Origin: an uncultured Clostridia bacterium
GTDB lineage: Bacteria; Bacillota; Clostridia; TANB77; CAG-508
DNA length: 64,000 nucleotides
Direction: 5' to 3'
Assembly: GCA_963558185.1 (NCBI GenBank)
Contig: CAUWFE010000005.1
Span: forward strand, 768-64,767
The notes beneath the pieces are model-generated. The model worked only from the letters and a program-made list of their open reading frames with translations. It did not search any database and had not been told where the DNA came from. Position numbers and translations under genes: made by a program. How positions within the stretch are numbered: position 1 is the stretch's first letter; each line of letters opens with the position of its first letter. Of this stretch, positions 56,109-64,000 are shown in pieces.

Positions 56109-56969
56109 ATGATGATAGATTTTACCAATGCAATAGAGGAGTTTAATGGCTATAAAGGCTCTGAAAAAAAGAAAACATTGATATATAATAATAAAAAGTA
56201 TTTAGTAAAATTTCCAGATCCAATTAGAGAAAAAAATAAAAATATTTCATATATAAACAATGCTTTTTCTGAGTATGTAGGTAGTAATATATTTAAAATA
56301 GTAGGCTTCAAAACACAAAATACAATTTTAGGAAAATATGAATATAATGGCAAAGAAAAAATTGTATGTGCATGTGAAGACTTTACAGATAATGAAAATA
56401 TTTTGTATGAATTTGAAAATTTAGCATTAAGTACAAATCCAGATAAAAAAATTGATACAGAATTAAAAGATATAATTGAAGTAATAGAAACAAATAAAAT
56501 GATTAATATAGAAGAAACAAAGAAAAAATTTTGGGATATGTTTATTATTGATAGCTTAATAGGTAATACAGACAGACATAATGGTAATTGGGGATTTTTG
56601 ATAAATACAGAAACAAAAAAAGCAGAATTTTCACCAATATATGATTGTGGTTCATGTTTAAATCCAATTCTTGAAGATGAACAAATAGAAAAAATGGATA
56701 AAACAGAATTAAAAAATCTAGCAATAAATTGTTATTCTTGCATAAAAGAAGATGGTAAAAAAATAAATTATTTTACATTTATAAAACAAAGTAAAAATGT
56801 AGAATGCAATAATGCTATAAAGAGAATATTCCCACATATTAATATGAATAAAATAGCAGAATTTATAGACAATATAGAATGCATATCTAATATAAGAAAA
56901 AAATTCTATAAAGAAATTTTAGAAAAAAGATATAATACAATAAAAGATGTTTATGAAAATATAAAATAA
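56109..56969 (+). CDS. HipA_C-like serine/threonine kinase domain protein
   Basis: 286 aa. IGNTDRHNGNWGF and SPIYDCGS match the HipA C-terminal catalytic-loop/activation motifs. No adjacent HipB-like gene. Confidence 0.65.
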   Translation: MMIDFTNAIEEFNGYKGSEKKKTLIYNNKKYLVKFPDPIREKNKNISYINNAFSEYVGSNIFKIVGFKTQNTILGKYEYNGKEKIVCACEDFTDNENILYEFENLALSTNPDKKIDTELKDIIEVIETNKMINIEETKKKFWDMFIIDSLIGNTDRHNGNWGFLINTETKKAEFSPIYDCGSCLNPILEDEQIEKMDKTELKNLAINCYSCIKEDGKKINYFTFIKQSKNVECNNAIKRIFPHINMNKIAEFIDNIECISNIRKKFYKEILEKRYNTIKDVYENIK

Positions 56970-57203
56970 ATAGAAATGAAATTGAAAATCTAAAAAATGG
57001 TAATATGTACTACTCATTATAAATGAGATTCTCTTATTACCATTTTTAATATTTTATAGATTTTATATCTATTGTAGTATATATAAAATTGAAAAATATA
57101 TACAAAATTAATGTAATATAAATGTAATAAAAAAGTAAAAAAACAGATATAGAAAAATACTAATATATGTTGTATAATAAGAAAAAAGAAAAGGAGAAAT
57201 ACT

Positions 57204-58428
57204 ATGAAAAAATTAGTAAAAGAACAAAAAGGTGTAACCTTAATAGCATTAGTAGTAACAATAGTAATATTAATCATTTTAGTGGCAGTAAGTATGACAA
57301 TGGTGTTAGAAAATAACGGAATATTTGAGCAAGCAAAAAAAGGAGCAAATGCAATGGCTGACGCAGAGACAAATGAGCAAAAAGGATTTAACAGTATGTC
57401 AGAGGAAATAGATAAAATATTAGTTGGAAATGCAAGTTCAGAAAATCCAAGTGAGCCAGAGGAGAAACCAAAAAAAATAGAAGATGCAAAGAATTCAGGA
57501 GAAGAATTTACAAATAATAGAAATATTTTGGAAGATTCAAAAGGAAATAGAGTAGTGATTCCTGGAGGATTTAAAATATCTTCTGATTCAGGAAATACAG
57601 TTGGACAAGGGATAGTAATTGAAGATGTAAGTGCATCAGGAGATGGAGATGTAAAAGGAAGCCAATTTGTATGGGTACCAGTTGGAAAATTTATTACTGA
57701 TGATGGTACAGAAAAAAATATCAAACTAGGTAGATACAGTTTTGACATGAAATCAGTACAATTAATACAAGATGCAAAAGACTATAAACAAAAAGTATAT
57801 ATTCAACGGTAATATATTAGAAGAAACCAAATTTAGAGAAGGATGTGAATATACAAAAGAAACTGCTACAGCTAAAGATTTAAGAGAATTTATTGAATCA
57901 GCAGAGTATAATGGAGGATATTACATTGCAAGATATGAATCCACATATGCTTTAGATACAGGTACAATTGAAACTAGTAAAGCAGCATCAAAAATTTCTT
58001 CATATTTTAATTATGGACCTAACGAAAATGGAAAATTATGGAACAATATAACTCAAATAAATGCATCAAAAGTATGTATAAATACATATTTTGATGCAGA
58101 TAGTGTAGAAAGTGATTTAATTAATAGTTATGCGTGGGATACAGCAAGACTATTTATCCAAGAGAGTGGAAATACAGGATATGGAAACGAAAGAATTAAT
58201 AGTGAAATAGAAAATACAGGTACTAGAAATGATGAAGTATGTAAAATAAATGATATGGGGGGAAATCTGCAAGAATATTTAACAGAAACAACAAACAATA
58301 AAAATGGAATATTGATGGGGGCACATGGATATAACTTAAATTTTTTAAATGAATTTAATATTGATAAGAAAGATGAAAAGACAGGATTTAGAATGCTTTT
58401 ATATTTAAGAGTTTCATATAAAAAATAA
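57204..58428 (+). pseudogene. Pilin-N-terminal-module protein fused to an FGE-sulfatase/C-type-lectin-like domain, frameshifted
   Basis: ORFs 57204..57812 and 57772..58428 overlap in different frames around an A-rich stretch. N-terminus MKKLVKEQKG|VTLIALVVTIVILIIL. Downstream SQFVWVPVGKF, GGYYIARYE, NSYAWDTA. Confidence 0.65.
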
Positions 58429-58458
58429 TATAATAAAAGATGTTTATATAAAATAAAT

Positions 58459-58499
58459 AAAACGAAATTGCTAAAAGTTAATTTTAACAATTTCGTTTT
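58459..58499. terminator. Bidirectional terminator
   Basis: aaaacgaaattg/caatttcgtttt 12-bp stem with flanking A/T runs between convergent genes. Confidence 0.7.
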
Positions 58500-58519
58500 T
58501 TATGATAATGTAACAAAAC

Positions 58520-58813
58520 TTATTTCCTCATATTATCACTACTTGTATTCGAAACTTTACTATTACCACATAATTTTTCATATTCCTTGCATTTAATCTT
58601 ATAATCTAATTGCTGAGATAAACAACGATAATACATATATGCTTGCTCATATTGCATCATAGGGTTAAAAAAATCATAATCATCAAGCTTACCATCTGTA
58701 AAATTCATTTGTTCAAAATTCCCATAAGGAGCATATCCATACGGAGAAAATGCACCAGAAAATCCGCTTGCAAATCCATTCATATTAGGATTAAATTCAT
58801 TATTTCTTTCCAT
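58520..58813 (-). CDS. Hypothetical G/F/Y/N-rich small protein
   Basis: 97 aa. Strong SD aaggagg. Downstream of ylbJ on the same strand. Confidence 0.5.
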   Translation of the reverse strand: MERNNEFNPNMNGFASGFSGAFSPYGYAPYGNFEQMNFTDGKLDDYDFFNPMMQYEQAYMYYRCLSQQLDYKIKCKEYEKLCGNSKVSNTSSDNMRK

Positions 58814-58825
58814 AAAAACCTCCTT

Positions 58826-59893
58826 CTAAAGATTTAAATTAAAAATAGGAAAACAATATATAAATATATACGTATAAAATGCAGCAAAAATACCTTGCAT
58901 AAATTTTCCTATTATATATGGTTTAATAGAAACATCAGATTTTGAAGTAATACTAAAAACTTGTAGCAAAATAGATATACCACCAAAACCAAGCAAAAAA
59001 GCACAAATAATAATACTAAAAGAGATATTTTTAATTGGAATTTGAGCTATTAAAGAAATTCCATTTGTAAGTTCTAAAATTCCAGATAAAAAGCCACAAG
59101 GAAATTGAATGTTAGATACACCAAAAAGTTGAAATATAGGTTGTAACATATTAGAAAATAGTCCTAAAATATGGCTTTTAGCTAAAATAGAAAGGATAAC
59201 ACTAAATAGTACAACAAATCCACCTATCATAACAATAGTTTGAATAGAAGACATAATACTTTTGCTGATAACTTCTCCTAAATTAGAAAATGTAGCTACA
59301 GTTTTCTTTGTATGTACAGAAGTATTTACAACGTGTTTAGTAGTATTAGTAGAATGTAACTTCCAAAATCTAAAACAAAAACCAGTTGTAAGTCCTGCTA
59401 AAATATGAGTAATAAATAAAAGAAAGCCGATTAAAGTATTACCCAAAAGACTAATACCAACAGTACCTATAATAAAAAGAGGACCAGAATTATTAGTAAA
59501 ACTAAGTAAACGTTCGCCTTCTTCTTTAGTACACATATTTTCTTCTCTAAAACGAGTTACAATTTTAGCACCAACAGGATATCCACTTATCATACCCATA
59601 ATTAAAGCATATGCTCCACATCCAGGAACATTAAACAAAGGACGCATACACCAATTAAATAATTCCCCCACTTTATTTACAACATTTGTATAAGAAAGTA
59701 ATTCAGTAGCAATAAAAAATGGTAGAAGAGAGGGTATTACATTATTAGCCCATAATAACAAACCATTTTTTGCAGCTGCTAAATTACTCTGAGAAAAAAG
59801 TAATAAAAATAATACAAACAAGCAAAAAAATATAGGTAAGATATTTCGTCGCAATGATAAAAATAAAAAACGTGGTTTTGTTAAAGTAGTCAT
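58826..59893 (-). CDS. ylbJ: Sporulation integral membrane protein YlbJ (nucleoside-recognition-domain family)
   Basis: 355 aa. GLLLWANNVIPSLLPFFIATELL and repeated Gate-like hydrophobic modules. Confidence 0.65.
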   Translation of the reverse strand: MTTLTKPRFLFLSLRRNILPIFFCLFVLFLLLFSQSNLAAAKNGLLLWANNVIPSLLPFFIATELLSYTNVVNKVGELFNWCMRPLFNVPGCGAYALIMGMISGYPVGAKIVTRFREENMCTKEEGERLLSFTNNSGPLFIIGTVGISLLGNTLIGFLLFITHILAGLTTGFCFRFWKLHSTNTTKHVVNTSVHTKKTVATFSNLGEVISKSIMSSIQTIVMIGGFVVLFSVILSILAKSHILGLFSNMLQPIFQLFGVSNIQFPCGFLSGILELTNGISLIAQIPIKNISFSIIICAFLLGFGGISILLQVFSITSKSDVSIKPYIIGKFMQGIFAAFYTYIFIYCFPIFNLNL

Positions 59894-60004
59894 ATTAAAA
59901 TCTATCCCTTCTAAAAAAGTATTGCATAGTATTAGTATTTGCTAATATATATGTAAAAAATAAATATTTATGATATTATTATAAATTAAGGTATATAATA
60001 CTGT

Positions 60005-60173
60005 GAAATATAAGCTTTTCATTACATTCCTTAGGTTTACTACAAAACTTAAGAAATTCTAATTTATTTTATGGCACCCTTCCACTAAAGTGAACTCTTT
60101 CCATAAAATTGCAAAGAATTTCTAAAATTTCTCCATAAACATTCGTCATTTCATTCAAAGCTTATATTTCAAA
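60005..60173 (+). mobile_element. MITE-like element, copy E (both termini missing)
   Basis: Collinear with the interior of copies B/D, from gaaatataagcttttcatt to cttatatttcaa. Confidence 0.75.
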
Positions 60174-60285
60174 GTGTTGTAGCATAAATTATTAATTAAT
60201 AAACAAAAAATTTGTTCTTTACATATTGCATAAAGTTAAAATTTGATATAAAATATATAAAGAAAAATGAGTGAGGAGAAAACAC

Positions 60286-63200
60286 ATGAATGAGATTATA
60301 ACAAGGCTTCAAACTCTCCCAAAATTTGAAGAATACACACAAAGCTTAAAACAAAATAGCCAGATAGTAATATCTGGTTTATCTGACGTGGGAAAATTGC
60401 AATTTAGCTATGCAACTAAAAGAAATACAAAAAAGCCAATATTTATAATTACATATAATGAAATACAAGCTAAAAATATAATAAAAGATTTAAGTTATTT
60501 TGCAGAAAATGATGATATTGTATATTTTCCAAAAAGGGATATAGTTCCATATGACTATGTAGCTGAAAGTAAAGACATTTTATATGAAAGAATGGAAATA
60601 TTAAATAAAATACATGAAAATAGTGCAGATATAGTCGTTACAACTATTGAAGCAATTATGCAAAAAATGATATTGCCAGAAGAACTATATAAAACAAAAC
60701 TAAACTTTGAAGTAGGAAAAACATATTCATTACAAACACTAAAAGAAGAACTAATAATGCTAGGCTATGAAAGAAATGACATAGTAGAAAATAAAGGACA
60801 ATTTAGCATTAGAGGTGGAATTTTAGATATAGGAACAACAGAAAATATAGGAATAAGAATTGAATTTTGGGGAGACGAAGTAGACTCAATAAGGGAATTT
60901 CAAATATCTTCTCAACGTTCAGAAAAAATGTTACAAAAAATAAAAATATATGCAGCACATGAATTTATTTTACAAGATACTACGGCAAATATCATAAAAA
61001 AAATAGAAAATAAAGATGAAACAATAAATAGCAAAAGTTTTGAAGTATCAGAAAAAGCACGTATAAACTATTTTTCAAAAATGCAAGAAATAAAAAAAGC
61101 AGATATAGAAATTATTAGCCAAGGTGAATATATAAGTAAAATAGATAAATATTTTAATTGCTTTTATGAAAATGCAAATAATTTTATGAAATATATTCCA
61201 GAAGATGCAATTATTTTTTATGATGAATATTCTAAAATAAAACAAAGAATAGAAAACATTATAATTGATAATAATAATTTAATAAAATCATTAATAGAAA
61301 AAGAAAAAATGGTTCCACAAGCAATCCACAATATTAGCATATATGAAGAAGACTTTGAAACAAATAATAATCCATCTGTATTTTTAGAAAGACAAGATTT
61401 TGGACTTTCTAAAAATTCAAACATTAAATTCAACTTTCAATATAGAGAAGTAAATTATCATAAAAGCGAAATAGATTTATTAATAGAAGATATAAAAAGA
61501 TATATATCAGAAAAAAAACAAGTAATTGTTCTTGCAGGAAACAATGACAATGTAGAAAAGTTTAATAAACTATTAAGTGAAAAAGAAATAGTAAGTAATA
61601 AAATTACAGTAAAAACTGGTAGATTATCTGCGGGATTTGAATGCTATGACTTAAACATGGTAATTATTTCCGGTGAAGAACTATTTGAAATAGATGTTAA
61701 AAAAAGAAGAAAAACAAGCAATGCATTTAAACAAGCTGAAAAAGTTGTATATGCAGACTTAAAAGTAGGAGATTATGTAGTTCATAAATCTCATGGTATA
61801 GGACAATTCATAGGTGTAAATACTATAAAAGCAGATGGAGTAACAAAAGACTATATAAAAATTCGTTATCAAAACAATGACTTATTATATATCCCAACAA
61901 ACGATTTAGACAATGTAAGAAAATATGTGGGTGGAGGAGAAGCTACACCAAAGGTAAATAAATTAGGAAGCAAAGAATGGCAAAATACTAAAAATAAAGT
62001 AAAAAAGAATTTACAAGAAGTAGCAAAAGAATTAATAGAACTATACGCAAAAAGACAAAAAAGTAAAGGCTTTGCATTCTCTAAAGATACACCATGGCAA
62101 AAACAATTTGAAGATAATTTTCCATACCAAGAAACAGATGATCAGATTAGATGCATTTCAGAAGTAAAAAAAGATATGGAAAGCCAAAGACCTATGGATA
62201 GACTATTATGTGGAGATGTAGGTTATGGAAAAACAGAAGTAGCAATAAGGGCAGCATTTAAAGCTGTAATGGATCAAAAGCAAGTAGCATATTTAGTTCC
62301 AACTACAGTTTTAGCTAATCAACAGTATTCAGATTTTTATGAAAGAATGCAAGAATTTCCTATACGCGTAGAAGTACTAAATCGTTTTAAAACAAAAAAA
62401 CAGCAACAAGAAATTATACGAAAATTAAAATTAGGAGAAATAGATGTTATAATAGGAACACATAGATTATTAAGCAAAGATGTTGAATTTAAAGACCTAG
62501 GCTTATTAATTATAGATGAAGAGCAAAGGTTTGGAGTAAAAGATAAAGAAAAAATAAAACAATATAAATCATCAATAGATGTACTTACAATGACAGCCAC
62601 TCCAATACCAAGAACTTTACATATGTCTATAGTTGGAGTAAGAGATATGTCTGTAATATATGAACCACCACAAAATAGAAAGCCAGTTCAAACATATGTA
62701 TTAGAATATGACGAAGAAGTAATAAAAGAAGCAATAACAAAAGAATTAGAAAGAAAAGGTCAAGTATTTTATTTGTTCAACAATGTAGAACAAATAGAAA
62801 AAAAAGAAATTCAAGTTTCAAACTTAGTACCTGAAGCAAAAGTAGCTTTTGCACATGGAAAGATGAGTGGTGCAGAACTAGAAGAAATAATGATGGACTT
62901 TATTGAAGGTAAAATTGATGTATTAGTATGTACAACAATTTTAGAGTCTGGAATAGATATTCCAAATGCTAACACAATAATTGTAGAAAATGCAGATAGG
63001 CTAGGCTTAGCACAACTATATCAAATTAGAGGAAGAGTTGGAAGAGCAAGTAAACAAGGTTATGCATATGTTACATATAAAAGGGACAAAATACTATCAG
63101 AAGTTGCAGATAAAAGACTAAAAGCAATTAAAGAATTTACTGAATTTGGTTCAGGTTTTAAAATTGCTATGCGTGACTTAGAAATTCGTGGAGCTGGAAG

Positions 63201-63786
63201 CATGGTTGGAGAAATACAACATGGGCATATGGAACAAGTTGGATATGACACATATTGTAAACTTTTAGATGAAGTTATCAAAGAAATGCAAGGAATTAAA
63301 GTAGAAGAAGAACATGAAGTACAAATTGATTTAAATGTATCTAGCTATATTCCAGAGGAATTTATTGAAAACAGTAGCCAAAAAATTGAAATTTATCAAG
63401 ATATAGCATTATGCAAAACAGAATTAGATATTCAAAATGTGACAGATGAAATAATAGATAGATATGGGCAAATACCAAAAGAAGTAGAAAATTTATTAGA
63501 TATTGCACGAATTAAAAATTTATGTAAAAAACGAGGTGTTAATAAAATATCACAAAGAAAAGATGGCATAATATTCTTATATGATAAAGGTAAATTTGAT
63601 AATACTATAATAGATACATTATTACATACATATGGCCCTCGTGTACGTTTTTCTCCAGGAACAGAACCATATATTACATTAAAAATAGATTTTACAAAAA
63701 CAAATGGAGATAAAAAACTTTTAAATGAGGTAATTTCATATTTAAAAATAGAAGGGGGAAAGGAAAATGCAGATAATAACAAGTAA
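60286..63786 (+). CDS. mfd: Transcription-repair coupling factor
   Basis: ATG 60286 has SD gaggag; the ORF track starts at GTG 60271. CarD-like RID domain (GDYVVHKSHGIGQF), SF2 helicase GDVGYGKTEV, DEEQRFG, TATPIPRT, TRG motif. Confidence 0.95.
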   Translation: MNEIITRLQTLPKFEEYTQSLKQNSQIVISGLSDVGKLQFSYATKRNTKKPIFIITYNEIQAKNIIKDLSYFAENDDIVYFPKRDIVPYDYVAESKDILYERMEILNKIHENSADIVVTTIEAIMQKMILPEELYKTKLNFEVGKTYSLQTLKEELIMLGYERNDIVENKGQFSIRGGILDIGTTENIGIRIEFWGDEVDSIREFQISSQRSEKMLQKIKIYAAHEFILQDTTANIIKKIENKDETINSKSFEVSEKARINYFSKMQEIKKADIEIISQGEYISKIDKYFNCFYENANNFMKYIPEDAIIFYDEYSKIKQRIENIIIDNNNLIKSLIEKEKMVPQAIHNISIYEEDFETNNNPSVFLERQDFGLSKNSNIKFNFQYREVNYHKSEIDLLIEDIKRYISEKKQVIVLAGNNDNVEKFNKLLSEKEIVSNKITVKTGRLSAGFECYDLNMVIISGEELFEIDVKKRRKTSNAFKQAEKVVYADLKVGDYVVHKSHGIGQFIGVNTIKADGVTKDYIKIRYQNNDLLYIPTNDLDNVRKYVGGGEATPKVNKLGSKEWQNTKNKVKKNLQEVAKELIELYAKRQKSKGFAFSKDTPWQKQFEDNFPYQETDDQIRCISEVKKDMESQRPMDRLLCGDVGYGKTEVAIRAAFKAVMDQKQVAYLVPTTVLANQQYSDFYERMQEFPIRVEVLNRFKTKKQQQEIIRKLKLGEIDVIIGTHRLLSKDVEFKDLGLLIIDEEQRFGVKDKEKIKQYKSSIDVLTMTATPIPRTLHMSIVGVRDMSVIYEPPQNRKPVQTYVLEYDEEVIKEAITKELERKGQVFYLFNNVEQIEKKEIQVSNLVPEAKVAFAHGKMSGAELEEIMMDFIEGKIDVLVCTTILESGIDIPNANTIIVENADRLGLAQLYQIRGRVGRASKQGYAYVTYKRDKILSEVADKRLKAIKEFTEFGSGFKIAMRDLEIRGAGSMVGEIQHGHMEQVGYDTYCKLLDEVIKEMQGIKVEEEHEVQIDLNVSSYIPEEFIENSSQKIEIYQDIALCKTELDIQNVTDEIIDRYGQIPKEVENLLDIARIKNLCKKRGVNKISQRKDGIIFLYDKGKFDNTIIDTLLHTYGPRVRFSPGTEPYITLKIDFTKTNGDKKLLNEVISYLKIEGGKENADNNK

Positions 63787-64000
63787 AGACAATGAAACTG
63801 TAAAAGCTATAAAAAAATTAAAAGAAAAAAAGTATCGCAATGAAAGTGGAAAATTTATTGTTGAAGGAATAAAAATGTTAGAAGAGGCTTTACAAGAAAA
63901 AGCTTCAATAGAGAAAATTATTTTGTGTGAAGACTGCCAAAACGACTATTCTCACGAATTAGATGTGTATGAAATTGCTAAAAATGAAATTATAACAGTA
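63767..64000 (+). CDS. TrmH/SpoU-family RNA 2'-O-methyltransferase, 5' part (runs off window)
   Basis: ATG at 63767 (SD gggggaaagga) overlaps the mfd end. MQIITSKDNETVKAIKKLKEKKYRNESGKFIVEGIKMLEEAL is the typical SpoU substrate-binding N-terminus. No stop before 64000. Confidence 0.6.
   Translation, partial: MQIITSKDNETVKAIKKLKEKKYRNESGKFIVEGIKMLEEALQEKASIEKIILCEDCQNDYSHELDVYEIAKNEIITV

Noticed and set aside
57017-57748. 243-aa minus-strand ORF overlapping the pilin-module/FGE gene.
   Set aside because: Low-complexity S/F/P-rich translation with no SD. It is antisense to a gene with clear pilin and FGE-like motifs, so it is a typical shadow ORF in AT-rich DNA.
9926-60173. The dispersed ~250-bp repeats as a possible CRISPR array or as a conserved 3'-UTR riboregulator.
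   Set aside because: The copies are kilobases apart, not regularly spaced short repeats. They carry terminal inverted repeats and 8-bp target duplications, which fits transposition better. An RNA-level role remains only a secondary possibility.

Overview
Visibly AT-rich, Clostridia-like chromosomal segment. The taxon guess rests on sporulation genes dpaA and ylbJ, ChW repeats and low-GC codon usage. No similarity searches could be run, so product names come from motifs read in the ORF translations.

Backbone genes: three AMP-dependent acyl-CoA synthetase paralogs, hslO-pth-rng, capA-like, rimO, feoA/feoB, patatin, rubrerythrin, dut, carD, dnaG-rpoD, four tRNAs, ppa, dpaA, uppP, a ROK kinase, ylbJ and mfd. 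There is also a complete Gram-positive type IV pilus cluster (pilM/N/O, pilin, pilD, two minor pilins, pilB/T/C).

Accessory content:
1. A ~9.3 kb integrative mobilisable element (IME) sits in the 3' end of tRNA-Leu(UAA), bounded by a 56-bp direct repeat (30619..39924). It carries int-xis, XRE switches, a MobV relaxase with a pMV158-like oriT, and a PD-(D/E)xK-like orphan gene. It also carries a two-gene cassette: a 71-aa peptide with an extremely Cys/Ser-rich C-terminus plus a leader-domain-less radical SAM/SPASM enzyme. This cassette is my best candidate for an undescribed system.
2. A family of ~250-bp MITE-like elements has terminal inverted repeats and 8-bp target-site duplications. Two copies have rewritten the stop codons of rimO and the ROK kinase.
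3. A conserved pilin-type N-terminal module (KG|V/I-TLIAL...GENGIF) is reused on a 64-aa minimal pilin, a ~700-aa beta-helix protein and an FGE/lectin-like protein.
4. A decayed mobile-element graveyard lies beside tRNA-Tyr/tRNA-CAT.

Three apparent frameshifts all fall in A-runs and may be assembly errors.
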